Shown piece after piece: positions 30,201 through 39,110 of a DNA stretch of 64,000 bases; the stretch's first letter is position 1, and each line of letters opens with the position of its first letter. The notes beneath the pieces are model-generated. The model was not told where the DNA came from, searched no databases, and saw nothing but the letters and a program-made list of their open reading frames with translations. The stretch is from positions 40,885 to 104,884 of the forward strand of contig JADFYJ010000007.1 of NCBI GenBank assembly GCA_015233115.1, written 5' to 3'. This DNA comes from Candidatus Omnitrophota bacterium (GTDB lineage Bacteria > Omnitrophota > Gorgyraeia > Zapsychrales > Zapsychraceae). Position numbers and translations under genes: made by a program.

Positions 30201-30587
30201 TTAGCTGATTTTAATCAAAAATATACTGTTGATGGAACATTCAAAATTCCAGCCGATTTATCAACATCCATGGCACAAAGTGTAAAAGCCATGGAATATC
30301 TTTACGATACGGACAATAACATCAGCATACCCGTCCATGTCAGCGGACAAGGAGCCAAACAACCCGTTTTCGAAGTTACCAAAACCGCCGTTGATATGGG
30401 AAAAAATGCCATTCGAAACGAAGGGAAAAAACAACTTGAAAAACTGTTAAATAAGTATATCGGAGGAAATCAAACCACTACTACGACAAATGCTGATCAA
30501 CAAGAGCAACCACCTCCGGCTGCGCAGGATAATCAATCATCAGGAACTCAAGTTATCGGCAATATTTTAAATAATATCTTTAAATAA
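27234..30587 (+). CDS. AsmA-like protein with internal repeats
   Basis: N-terminal TM anchor, YKPQI..ALGRPV, beta-rich repeated modules, AsmA-like C-terminus. Confidence 0.8.
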   Translation: MKKFLKILGIIFLILFTLFLIAVIGIFIFLKNFNIVQYKPQIIKAASQALGRPVDFKNIDLKVSFNDGVWLHLSDLKIEENPDFGTDSFLTAQNIRVGVDIRSYIFFRQINIPNILIDSPKINIIRDTKGMLSVQTIGQSTTPAKEKLQTPSASAAVLPAIFINSFKINNAEIHMIDKSVLPQRAIAVTQLNLSTKNFSLTNPFDLMVEGALFSPQPDLRLTGKIQLNLPSNQIKLSDFEINADLNQLSLNDLKNFPMLKGIPLPTTLKGQLITKIQQAEISDKGLGPIIMNIEFTNGIIIAPDITPGITFEANHLNFSVNNLSLSGQTPFQVNLKAALYQDQTNINFSGQILFNLQTLAMSLEKAHFETDLALWPLKKIQESITPLKNIPIPEHLTGKFQTDIHQLDATASGLNSVLLDAKWDDGAFELNNVIPGKSIAISKTTLAVQNFSINKPFTISFKTAYLSDTPNISIDGNSIFDIKNQSINIINMTLGLDLDNFPLDRLKATGFIPSNVPFPQILGGKIQTRINNLAASPKSIDNMSIDLQWQKGKITVNDIAPGISVTANNINLDVKNFSLKNPFDVTATLGYESEEPNIYFNGTAALDPDTQNIKLTNSTIKTDLAKISLDRLKETITPLKTASLPEILKGQLELVIKNLTAGAKGVTAIEANASFKDGEISMKNAAPGISFAASHIDIDLKNLGLGTPIDFNVSLGYLHDEPNIHVKGTATLNLTDQTVSLKNTNFNTDLSSFALDKLPSSIAALKNASLPEKLHGQFEINISEALAGPKGLLTLSSKGSLKDGEVKLKELTVPIKGLDTTFDLTQNDFTMTAIKANLGKGEITAQADVSNYLTEQNFNIKAEVKGIDLAEILDQQKASVKIQGLLSGDIKAQGKGADLNSITGNGKLDIKEAKLKDLNVLKTILDKISFIPNASSQIQTNLPDKYKQKLNQPDTDINKIAVTCAIANSQITIDPIAVEADEFIFSGKSLADFNQKYTVDGTFKIPADLSTSMAQSVKAMEYLYDTDNNISIPVHVSGQGAKQPVFEVTKTAVDMGKNAIRNEGKKQLEKLLNKYIGGNQTTTTTNADQQEQPPPAAQDNQSSGTQVIGNILNNIFK

Positions 30588-30650
30588 TATAAATAAGACA
30601 GTAGACTTTGTGCTTATAGCCATTTAAAAAAAATTAAGTAGACTTAAGTC

Positions 30651-31400
30651 ATGAAAAAAATTCTGATTGTTGATGATAATGAAGACCTCCGAAGCGAAAT
30701 GCGCGATTTTCTTGATGAATACGAAACCATTGAAGCTTCAACAGGCGAAGAAGCTTTAAAAATATTAGGACGCGCGCATAATATTGGACTGGTCATTTTA
30801 GACGTTCGTATGCCCGGCATAACTGGTATTGATGTGCTGGAAGAACTCCGAAAAACTGAGCCCGAACTTGGCGTTATCATATTAACCGGCTTCAGTTCTA
30901 AAGATGTCGTCATTGATGCCTTAAAATCGCAAGCGAACGATTATATTGAGAAACCCATCAACATCCAAAAATTTCATGAATCTGTCAAAAAGATCATGGC
31001 TAAACAAAATGGCGAAAAAAATATCTCTGATCTCGACCTCTCTGGAAAAATGGCAAAAATTAAAGAATTTTTAGAAATTAACTGTTTCAAAAAAGTTTGC
31101 TTAGAAGATGCCGCCAGTATCGTTAATATGAGTCCTAAATACCTAAGCCGTATTTTTAAAGAGTCCCTAGGAGTAGGCTTCAACGATTACAAATTAAAAA
31201 TCAAAATTGAACGTGCACAAGAACTATTAACCCAATATGGCTATACTGTAAATCAAATATCATCAAAACTCGCCTATGAAAATACTGAATCATTTATCCG
31301 GCAATTTAAAAGATTTTGTGGAACCACCCCGTCAAGCTACCGACAAAGCATGAGCAAAACAAGCAAAATCAAGTCAAAAGCATTAGGCCAACGACCATAA
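30651..31400 (+). CDS. Response regulator with AraC HTH
   Basis: ILIVDD, LDVRMPG, YIEKP; YLSRIFK..FIRQFKRFCGTTPSSYR. Confidence 0.9.
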   Translation: MKKILIVDDNEDLRSEMRDFLDEYETIEASTGEEALKILGRAHNIGLVILDVRMPGITGIDVLEELRKTEPELGVIILTGFSSKDVVIDALKSQANDYIEKPINIQKFHESVKKIMAKQNGEKNISDLDLSGKMAKIKEFLEINCFKKVCLEDAASIVNMSPKYLSRIFKESLGVGFNDYKLKIKIERAQELLTQYGYTVNQISSKLAYENTESFIRQFKRFCGTTPSSYRQSMSKTSKIKSKALGQRP

Positions 31401-31417
31401 CTTATAACCTATAACCG
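31388..31417 (+). repeat. Heptamer arm (CTATAAC-type) spanning the stop codon
   Basis: ccataac ttataac ctataac; a short copy also at 1991-2003. Confidence 0.55.
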
Positions 31418-31548
31418 ATTACCTTCTTGTTATCCTGCCTTTTGTAGTAGAAATAAGTCAATAAATAGACGAACCCGCCAATTACCATTTTTTTGCTGCA
31501 AGATATAATGTCCCTAATTATAAAAATAATTTCTATTAAGAATGTACT

Positions 31549-31917
31549 ATGCCAAATAAACGAATACTGATTGTTGATAATGATAAAACATTTTTATCTG
31601 AATTAGGCGAAACTTTAGAACTTAGCGGATATGATATGGTCGTGGTTGACGATCCGCGAAAAACTATTGAAATGGCAGATCTATATGATATAAGTTTATT
31701 TTTGCTTGATCTAAAAATGCCCGCTCTCACTGGTTTTGAATTGGCCCATGAATTAAACCATATTTCACGTTTTTCGCATATTCCTATAATCGCCATGTCC
31801 GGTTACTACAAAACTGAATACGAATCAATATTTGAAACTTGTGGAATCAGAAAATGTTTAAAAAAGCCTTTTAAACCATTGGATTTAATCACGCAAATTG
31901 AAACCATTTTATTATAA
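31549..31917 (+). CDS. Single-domain response regulator
   Basis: ILIVDND, LDLKMP, KKPF. Confidence 0.88.
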   Translation: MPNKRILIVDNDKTFLSELGETLELSGYDMVVVDDPRKTIEMADLYDISLFLLDLKMPALTGFELAHELNHISRFSHIPIIAMSGYYKTEYESIFETCGIRKCLKKPFKPLDLITQIETILL

Positions 31918-31941
31918 ACAATATTAATCAATGAGGTCATC

Positions 31942-32382
31942 ATGGAAAACATTAAAAATGAGTTGGTTAAACTTCTTAATCAGGCTTTAGAATTAGAACA
32001 TGCCGCGCGAATCCAGTATCTTGCTCATGCAGAACTGATTAAAGGCTTAAACGCCGAAAAAATCATTGAACGTCTTACTGAAATTGCCGCAGATGAAGAC
32101 AAGCACGAAAAAAAAATCCGCAATCTGATAGGCAACTATCTCGGAGGAGAACCGTCAATGGCCCTGGCTGCTACACATCGCGCTACTGAGATGATTGAAA
32201 TTCTTCAGACCAATTTAAAAGACGAGAAAGACGCCATAAATTTTTATAAAAAAATTTATAAAACAATTACTGAAAATAAAGAAAATTTACCTTATGAATT
32301 CGAAACGCTGGAACATGAAATTCGGCATATTATTTTAGATGAACAAGAGCATGCCAGCGAACTTTCCGTTTTATTGGAATAA
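31942..32382 (+). CDS. Ferritin-like (bacterioferritin-type) protein
   Basis: ELEH, DEDKH, EKDAINFY, DEQEH diiron-type motifs. Confidence 0.85.
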   Translation: MENIKNELVKLLNQALELEHAARIQYLAHAELIKGLNAEKIIERLTEIAADEDKHEKKIRNLIGNYLGGEPSMALAATHRATEMIEILQTNLKDEKDAINFYKKIYKTITENKENLPYEFETLEHEIRHIILDEQEHASELSVLLE

Positions 32383-32451
32383 ATTTAAACATATTAAAAT
32401 TATCACGAAGCCCAACGTTCGATCAATTCATTAATTTGAAAAAATAAACGC

Positions 32452-34179
32452 ATGGATCCCACACCCACAGAATTTAATATCCGCATCGCAGGTGAAGCCG
32501 GTCAAGGGATAGAAACCTTTGGCTCTGCTTTGTGTCATATTTATAAAAAATCCGGCTTCCATATTTTCGCCAACCAAGATTATATGTCCCGAATCCGCGG
32601 CGGTAATAACTATTTTCAAATTAGAGTATCCGAAGCTGAAATTTTTTCTTGCCGGGAAAAAATTGATATCTTGGTCGCGTTAGATCTGCCCAGCATCTCA
32701 CTTCATCAATCAAACTTGCATAAAAACGGAATCATTCTATTAGATAAAGCAAAATTTAATATGACTCAAAATGAACCCAATTACTTTGATATTCCTTTAT
32801 TTGCCCTAGCACAAAAAATGGGGGGAAGCGAACTTTATGTTAATTCCATCATGTGCGGCATCATGGCTTATATTACCTCAGCAGAACTATCCCTTTTGCT
32901 TAAAACTACGCGAATCATCTTTAAAGACAAAACCGAAGAAATCATTAATAAAAATATTCTAGCCGTCAAGGCCGGATTTGATTTTGCTCAAAATTATTAT
33001 AAAGGAAAACTATTTAAAATTAATCCATCTGTCACAATTCCTCACTTATTGATGAACGGAAATGATGCCATAGCACTCGGAGCGATCAAAGCCGGATGCA
33101 AATTTTATTCCGCTTATCCGATGTCACCATCAACCAGCATTATGACAGTTGTCGCCCATTATGCTAAAAAATTTAATATCATTGTGGAACAAGCAGAAGA
33201 TGAAATTGCGGCGGTCAACATGGTCATTGGCGCCTCATTTGCCGGCGTTCGCTCCATGACGGCCACTTCTGGAGGAGGATTTGCTCTTATGGCTGAAGGC
33301 GTCAGTTTAGCAGCCATGACAGAAACTCCCCTGGTCATCGTTGACGCTCAAAGGCCAGCTCCAGCCACTGGTTTGCCAACGCGGACTGAACAAGCCGACC
33401 TTAATTTCCTGATCCATGCCGGTCATGGGGAATTTGCTAAAATTATTTTGGCTCCTGGAACGATTGAAGAAGCATTTACACTAACGATCCGGGCCTTTGA
33501 GTTGGCAGAACAATATCAAATTCCAGTTTTTATTCTCACAGATCAGCATCTAGCGGATTCATATAAAGACATTGACAATTTGGAAGGAAGGAATCAAAAA
33601 ATGGTTCGACACATAATCTCCAAAAATGAATCTATTAATTTACTAAACTACAAACGTTACCAAATGACCGAAACAGGAATTTCCCCCCGCGCTATCCCAT
33701 CATGGATTTCTCAACCGATTTATGTGGATAGTGATGAACATACCGAAGAAGGACATATCACCGAAGACGCAGACATACGTCGAAAAATGGTGGAAAAAAG
33801 GCTTTACCTAAAAAATAAGGGACTGCGAAACGAAATTTTAAAACAAAAAGCTTTTCAGCTTGAAAATGCTGATCTGATTTTACTAGGGTTTGGATCCACT
33901 TTTGGTGTGATGAAAGAAGCGTGTGAAAAAATTTCAAATCATCGCGTAGGATTCATCCATCTATCCCAAGTATGGCCCTTTCCCACAGATGAAATATTGG
34001 AATATTTAAAAGGAGCAAAAAAAATATATACCATCGAAAATAATGCGACAGGACAACTGGCAGGAATTATCCGACAAGAAACTACCTTAAAAATTCATGG
34101 TTCTATTTTAAAATTTGATGGCAGGCCATTTAATTTAGATTTGGTTATTGAAATAATAAACAAGGCTTTCAACAAATGA
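32452..34179 (+). CDS. korA: 2-oxoacid:ferredoxin oxidoreductase alpha subunit (gamma-alpha fusion)
   Basis: GEAGQG, SRIRGG, AYPMSPS, QAEDEIAA, TSGGGF, ENNATGQL. Confidence 0.92.
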   Translation: MDPTPTEFNIRIAGEAGQGIETFGSALCHIYKKSGFHIFANQDYMSRIRGGNNYFQIRVSEAEIFSCREKIDILVALDLPSISLHQSNLHKNGIILLDKAKFNMTQNEPNYFDIPLFALAQKMGGSELYVNSIMCGIMAYITSAELSLLLKTTRIIFKDKTEEIINKNILAVKAGFDFAQNYYKGKLFKINPSVTIPHLLMNGNDAIALGAIKAGCKFYSAYPMSPSTSIMTVVAHYAKKFNIIVEQAEDEIAAVNMVIGASFAGVRSMTATSGGGFALMAEGVSLAAMTETPLVIVDAQRPAPATGLPTRTEQADLNFLIHAGHGEFAKIILAPGTIEEAFTLTIRAFELAEQYQIPVFILTDQHLADSYKDIDNLEGRNQKMVRHIISKNESINLLNYKRYQMTETGISPRAIPSWISQPIYVDSDEHTEEGHITEDADIRRKMVEKRLYLKNKGLRNEILKQKAFQLENADLILLGFGSTFGVMKEACEKISNHRVGFIHLSQVWPFPTDEILEYLKGAKKIYTIENNATGQLAGIIRQETTLKIHGSILKFDGRPFNLDLVIEIINKAFNK

Positions 34180-35033
34180 ACGTATCCGATTTACAATCTC
34201 ATGACGAAATTGCCTGGTGTCCAGGATGCGGCGATTTTGGAATTTTAAATGCCGTCAAAAAAGCCCTGGTTAAACACAACCGCGACCCAAAAGATATTTT
34301 ATTAGTTTCAGGCATAGGGCAGGCAGCCAAGCTTCCACACTATATCCGCTGCAATTGTTTTAATGGCCTGCATGGACGCGCGCTTCCTCCGGCAGTAGCC
34401 GCTAAAATTGTAAACCGGAACCTTACCGTTATCGTCACAACAGGTGAAGGAGATTGCTACGGAGAAGGGGGCAATCATTTTTTACATAATATTAGAAGGA
34501 ATGTTGATATTACAGTCATTGTTCATGACAACCACATTTATGGTTTAACTAAAGGCCAAGCCTCTCCCACGACAGACCTGGGATATCAAACAAAAATCCA
34601 AACTTCTGGTGTTATTGTGGAGCCATTTAATCCCTTAGAAGTCGCGATCGCTTTGGGCTGTGGTTTTGTGGCACGTGGATACTCCGCGGACTCCGATCAT
34701 CTGGCAGAACTTATTCTAGCGGGAATAAATCACCGAGGTTTTTCTTTAATCAATGTATTACAGCCCTGCGTTTCTTTTAATCATAAAAATACGTATGAAT
34801 GGTATTCAAAAAGAATTTATAAAGTAGATCAGGAAGCTGATTATGATGTCTCCAATAAATTTTCCGCTTACCATAAATGTGGTGAATGGGATGACCGCAT
34901 TCCCATCGGAATTATTTATAAAACCGAAAGAACCACTTATGAAGATCGAAGCGGGATCAATGAAAAACAACCTTTAGTGGACGAGATAATAAATAATATA
35001 AACATCGAAAATATACTCGATGATTTTATATAA
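34176..35033 (+). CDS. korB: 2-oxoacid:ferredoxin oxidoreductase beta subunit
   Basis: WCPGCGDF, LHGRA, GEGD, YGLTKGQASPT, QPCVSFN. Confidence 0.92.
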   Translation: MNVSDLQSHDEIAWCPGCGDFGILNAVKKALVKHNRDPKDILLVSGIGQAAKLPHYIRCNCFNGLHGRALPPAVAAKIVNRNLTVIVTTGEGDCYGEGGNHFLHNIRRNVDITVIVHDNHIYGLTKGQASPTTDLGYQTKIQTSGVIVEPFNPLEVAIALGCGFVARGYSADSDHLAELILAGINHRGFSLINVLQPCVSFNHKNTYEWYSKRIYKVDQEADYDVSNKFSAYHKCGEWDDRIPIGIIYKTERTTYEDRSGINEKQPLVDEIINNINIENILDDFI

Positions 35034-35037
35034 TATG

Positions 35038-35159
35038 ATCCCGCTACGGTCACTGGGTCGTGACCTTGCTTGAACAGCAAGCTTCGCGTTGCTCAGCTCC
35101 GCGGGATAAATTCGTGCGGCTGACTTGATGTCGCGATAAACGCTCCATAAGTCAGGCAC
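35038..35159 (+). other. GC-rich multi-stem structured intergenic segment
   Basis: atcccgc/gcgggat enclosing ggtcac/gtgacc and cttgct/agcaag; second hairpin gtgc..ctgactt/aagtcag-gcac ending just before RBS AGGAGG. Confidence 0.55.
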
Positions 35160-35178
35160 TCATAATAAGGAGGTAAGT

Positions 35179-35520
35179 ATGTCACCATGTGATCCCAAAA
35201 CCGGCGTTTGTGAAGTTCCACAAAGCAGTTCTAGCCCAGCATCGTCTTGCGCTAGCAAATGCGCCTGCGGCAGTGAATCTTGCTGCACTGACCCAATCGC
35301 GTGTCAAACGAAAATGTTGACCTGCGCTTTTTGGGAAGCTAAAAAAGCCGTGATGGTGGATATTCTCAAATTAAAAATCCAGAAAAGCTGCGGCAAAAAA
35401 ATGGAAATGGCTGCTGATGCCATCGTGGAAGCTATGGAAGTCAAAAAAGATTCCATGATCGCAATGGCCAAAGCCAAAGAAGAATTCATGAATAAACTAA
35501 AAAGTATGTGCAAAGAATAA
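35179..35520 (+). CDS. Small Cys-rich hypothetical protein
   Basis: Strong RBS AAGGAGG; Cys-rich N-half, helical C-half. Confidence 0.75.
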   Translation: MSPCDPKTGVCEVPQSSSSPASSCASKCACGSESCCTDPIACQTKMLTCAFWEAKKAVMVDILKLKIQKSCGKKMEMAADAIVEAMEVKKDSMIAMAKAKEEFMNKLKSMCKE

Positions 35521-35527
35521 CAAAAAT

Positions 35528-35746
35528 AGCATGTAGTATGTCGTATGTGGTATGTAGCAAAAACAAAAAACGTAGAAGAAAATTAATAGGCTGTCATTCC
35601 CGCGAAAGCGGGAATCCAAAAAAAAAATTATTTATTACTGGATCCCCGATTTAAACACTCGGGGATGACAAAACGAACTTTTCGACTTATTTTAAATTTC
35701 ACTTTCGTTTTTCTCGCTACATACCACATACGACATACTACATGCT
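35528..35746. repeat. TAGTATG heptamer element with perfect 31-bp inverted arms
   Basis: agcatgtagtatgtcgtatgtggtatgtagc (35528-35558) is the exact reverse complement of 35716-35746. Confidence 0.95.
35592..35670. repeat. dRS3-like double-hairpin repeat, copy 1 (nested)
   Basis: tgtcattcccgcgaaagcgggaatcca ... tggatccccgatttaaacactcggggatgaca. Confidence 0.9.
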
Positions 35747-35759
35747 TTAAAGGAGTTCT

Positions 35760-36260
35760 ATGGATATCTACGATTATGCCATGCAATTAGAAAAAGAAGG
35801 CGAGGATCTTTATAAAAAATTTGCTGATACGACAAACGATCCGATGTTAACTAATATTTTTACTTGGCTGGCCCAACAGGAAAAACAGCACTATGACATA
35901 TTTAAAAAAATGAAAGAAGATCAGCCGATCCGTTTAGATCCGCCGGTTTCATTCATAAATGATGTTAAAAACATATTTTCTGAATGGAAAAAACAAAAAG
36001 TACCATCACTCGCCACTCAAGCACAGGCTGATGTTTACCGGACGGCGTTGACTGTTGAACAAAAAAGTATTGATCTTTACACTAAAGATGCGATTCTTAT
36101 TCATGAACCTGAAAAAGAAAAAATTTTTCTTCGTCTGGCGTCAGAAGAAAAAAAACATTTTGTCATAGTTGAAAATATTATTGAATTTATCAGTAAGCCT
36201 GAACACTGGGTGGAACACGCCGAATTCACCCATGATTTGGAAAAAGATTATTATTTATAA
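35760..36260 (+). CDS. Rubrerythrin-like ferritin family protein
   Basis: AMQLEKEGEDLY, QEKQH, EQKSIDLY, EEKKH. Confidence 0.88.
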   Translation: MDIYDYAMQLEKEGEDLYKKFADTTNDPMLTNIFTWLAQQEKQHYDIFKKMKEDQPIRLDPPVSFINDVKNIFSEWKKQKVPSLATQAQADVYRTALTVEQKSIDLYTKDAILIHEPEKEKIFLRLASEEKKHFVIVENIIEFISKPEHWVEHAEFTHDLEKDYYL

Positions 36261-36266
36261 AAAAGC

Positions 36267-36349
36267 GGTTTTTAGTTGTTGGTTGGTGGTTGTTGGTAAA
36301 AAATTCGATTCACTTTTCCAAAAACCAAAAACAATCAACCATAAACCAA
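36267..36349. repeat. GGTTGTT/ACCAAAA heptamer inverted-arm element
   Basis: ggttttt agttgtt ggttggt ggttgtt ggt ... ccaaaaa ccaaaaa caatcaa ccataaa ccaa. Confidence 0.8.
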
Positions 36350-36467
36350 TATTTCCAAATTTATTTAATAAGTCTTGACGATTTCTAATTATGCGCAACA
36401 ATAGCATAATTAACATTTCGATGGATGATAGATGATGGCTTAACCACAAACCAACCGTATTTATCTG

Positions 36468-37430
36468 ATGAATCGCCCTTACCATAATCCGACAAATAAT
36501 TATAATCAGCGCCGTTCTATGCAGCGTCCAGCGTATCATCCGCCGGTTCGCAATTTAAGCGACGCCGAGAAAAAATTCATGAGCGGAACAGTCATTGATC
36601 CATGCCCACGGATCCGCTTAGAAGACGGCTCTGACAAACTCAGCATGCGCGCCATGGATTTGATTTGTCCGATCGGCATGGGACAGAGGGGATTGATTGT
36701 CGCGCCGCCCGGATCAGGGAAAACCACCTTTCTTAAAGATATTTGTCAAGCCGTCATTAAAAGCTGTCCACAAATCAAACTGTATTGCCTGCTGATTGAC
36801 GAAAGGCCGGAAGAAGTCACTGACTTTAAACGCGCGGTATCAGCAGAAATCCGCTCATCGTCTTCTGATCAGAGCTATGATCAACATGTGGCGGTCGCTG
36901 ATGAATTAATGAGGCAAGTGGTCAGCGAAGCAGGGAATGGAGAGAATGTGATGGTGTTAATTGATTCACTGACTCGTCTTTCCAGAGTCCATAACGCGGA
37001 GCAGCGTAACAGCGGCAGGACGTTATCTGGCGGCATGGATGCCCGCGCGCTTGAAGTCCCCAGACGTATTTTTGGTTCAGCCCGTAAAATCGAAAACGGA
37101 GGATCACTTTCCATTCTGGCTACTATTTTAATCGAAACCGGCAGCCGCATGGATGAAGTGATATTTGAAGAATTCAAAGGCACAGGGAACATGGAAATTG
37201 TACTTTCCCGTGAAATCGCTAACCATAGAATTTATCCAGCCATTAACATTAGCCGCAGTGCCACCCGCAAAGAAGAATTGCTTTTAAGCCCTGATGAGCT
37301 TGAACCTGTCCGCAATATCAGGCGTGCCTTAATCGGATTAAACCAGGTTGAAGCCGCCCAAACCTTGGTTGATATGCTTCGAAAATTTCCCACCAATAAA
37401 GAACTTCTGCAACGACAAAGTACAGAGTAG
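36468..37430 (+). CDS. rho: Short Rho-family ATPase lacking the RNA-binding domain
   Basis: PIGMGQRGLIVAPPGSGKT, LLIDERPEEVTD, DSLTRL, GRTLSGG, IFEEFKGTGNMEI, SATRKEELL; only 320 aa. Confidence 0.85.
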   Translation: MNRPYHNPTNNYNQRRSMQRPAYHPPVRNLSDAEKKFMSGTVIDPCPRIRLEDGSDKLSMRAMDLICPIGMGQRGLIVAPPGSGKTTFLKDICQAVIKSCPQIKLYCLLIDERPEEVTDFKRAVSAEIRSSSSDQSYDQHVAVADELMRQVVSEAGNGENVMVLIDSLTRLSRVHNAEQRNSGRTLSGGMDARALEVPRRIFGSARKIENGGSLSILATILIETGSRMDEVIFEEFKGTGNMEIVLSREIANHRIYPAINISRSATRKEELLLSPDELEPVRNIRRALIGLNQVEAAQTLVDMLRKFPTNKELLQRQSTE

Positions 37431-37600
37431 AGAGTACAAAGTACAGAGTAAAAAACAAGACAAAATATTTTAAAAAATATAATTATAAAATCTAAAAATT
37501 TTTTTAAATTTCGATCCAAATCAACTTATTTGCTCACTCCAATTTAATCTATTTTTTTAATTTTCACTCTGTACTCTGCGTACTCTGCGTCTCTGTACTG
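37419..37600. repeat. AGTACAG/CTGTACT heptamer inverted-arm element
   Basis: agtacag agtagag agtacaa agtacag agta (contains the rho stop) ... actctgt actctgc gtactctgc gtctctgt act. Confidence 0.85.
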
Positions 37601-37612
37601 TATTTGTAACTC

Positions 37613-37640
37613 TTGACAGTCGCGGGTCTTTGGATATAAT
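37613..37640 (+). promoter_or_regulatory. Sigma70 consensus promoter
   Basis: TTGACA-16 bp-TATAAT; RBS AGGAGG before 37684. Confidence 0.7.
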
Positions 37641-37683
37641 ATTTGATATAAGCTATTTAAAACATTAACTTTAGGAGGGGATC

Positions 37684-37890
37684 ATGGCAACATTAAACAA
37701 GGAAGAATTACTTAAAAACCCAAAAGTCAAAGCAGAAATTGACCGATATAAATGGTGCGAAAGCGAAAAAGCCGGACATGATATCGGTATTGATAAAGCT
37801 GTCAATGACTGGTTTAAAATTCATGCTGAAAAATGGGTAGCCAAAAATCTACCTGCGCCTAAAAAAACTCCGACATTTAAATTATTCTAA
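37684..37890 (+). CDS. Small protein, DUF4032-like motif
   Basis: EIDRYKWCESEKAGHDIG..A..DW; strong RBS. Confidence 0.7.
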   Translation: MATLNKEELLKNPKVKAEIDRYKWCESEKAGHDIGIDKAVNDWFKIHAEKWVAKNLPAPKKTPTFKLF

Positions 37891-37913
37891 GCTATAGCAT
37901 TTCGGACATTAGA

Positions 37914-38052
37914 AACGAGGGGCACAAAACTTAATAAGCTAGTTTATAGTTGTTGGCTTGTAGTTGTTAGCTATCAAATTTTTTTCTCCAAACACCAAAA
38001 ACAATCAACCATCAACAATAAATATTTTACTGTTAAGTATTGTGTCCCCGTT
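37914..38052. repeat. Nested element: GGGGACACAATACTTAA-type inverted repeat enclosing a GGTTGTT/ACCAAAA heptamer pair
   Basis: aacgaggggcacaaaacttaa vs ttaagtattgtgtccccgtt; inner tagttgt.. and ccaaaaa/ccatcaa arms. Confidence 0.8.
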
Positions 38053-38054
38053 AA

Positions 38055-38807
38055 CTAATAAGCAATCAAATCTTTAATAACTTCACCTGCCATAATAAGG
38101 CCTGCAACTGACGGCACAAAAGATATGCTTCCAGGAATGCTCCTACGGGAGGTACATTTGCGTACTGTGCCTTTAGGGCAGATACAGTTAATCTGACAAT
38201 TTGCATCGTCCGCTTCAAGAGGTTTAATAACTTCTTCCAGGGAATAAACAACTTTAAGTGCCGTTATTCCTCTTATACGTAATTCTCTGCGCATAACTTT
38301 ACAAAGAGGGCAGGTAGAGGTTGAAAACAAATCTGCCACTTGAAACCGGGTAGGATCAAGTTTGTTTCCCGCGCCCATGCAACTAATGACCGGAATATTC
38401 ATTTCTTTAGCCCGGATCACAATATCAATTTTCGCGGTGACTGTATCAACCGCATCTACGATATAATCGTAATCCTTACGGATTAAATTCTCGCCGCATT
38501 CAGGCAAATAAAAGGTTTGAAATATTTCCACTTCAGCGTGCGGATTAATCTCCAAAATTCTTTCTTTCATCACTTCGACCTTGAATCTACCTACAGTTTT
38601 TCTGGTCGCGTGTAATTGTCGATTAATATTGGTCAAACAAATCCGGTCATCATCTACCAAAACAAATTTTCCCACACCGGATCTCACTAATCCTTCAACC
38701 GTAAAACTACCGACACCTCCAATACCAAATATTGCCACTTTAGATGTCTTAAGTTTTTTCAATGCATCTTTTCCGATTAACAATTCAGTTCTAGAAAATT
38801 CGTGCAT
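38055..38807 (-). CDS. tcdA: tRNA threonylcarbamoyladenosine dehydratase (ThiF family)
   Basis: FSRTELLIG, GIGGVGS, TNINRQL, MGAGNKLDP, CPLCKVMR. Confidence 0.9.
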   Translation of the reverse strand: MHEFSRTELLIGKDALKKLKTSKVAIFGIGGVGSFTVEGLVRSGVGKFVLVDDDRICLTNINRQLHATRKTVGRFKVEVMKERILEINPHAEVEIFQTFYLPECGENLIRKDYDYIVDAVDTVTAKIDIVIRAKEMNIPVISCMGAGNKLDPTRFQVADLFSTSTCPLCKVMRRELRIRGITALKVVYSLEEVIKPLEADDANCQINCICPKGTVRKCTSRRSIPGSISFVPSVAGLIMAGEVIKDLIAY

Positions 38808-38849
38808 ATAAACCTTTTTTTCAGTAAAATATGTTATACTTTTTTAATT

Positions 38850-39110
38850 ATGAACATTATCTGGGAAAAAGACACAGAATGCAAATTTAAAGAACTCCTG
38901 GAAAAAATTCCCGTGTTTATGCGGAGCTTTGCCGAGGAGAAGGTTTCCAAAAGGATCAAGATTATTCTCGAGCAAGATCAACGCGCTGAAATTACCGAAA
39001 AAGATCTGGTCGACGCGTTTTTTAAAGAAACTCCTTTTGGTTTTCATGGCCCCATGAAAACAGACATGAATAATGCGGGTATTGATTATACAAAATATGG
39101 ATATAAATGA
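38850..39110 (+). CDS. PCP_red-like small protein
   Basis: WEKD..LEKIPVFMR motif; start reassigned to ATG 38850. Confidence 0.65.
   Translation: MNIIWEKDTECKFKELLEKIPVFMRSFAEEKVSKRIKIILEQDQRAEITEKDLVDAFFKETPFGFHGPMKTDMNNAGIDYTKYGYK

Noticed and set aside
35528-38052. Clustered repeats as a CRISPR array
   Set aside because: No constant 25-45 bp direct repeats with unique spacers and no cas genes
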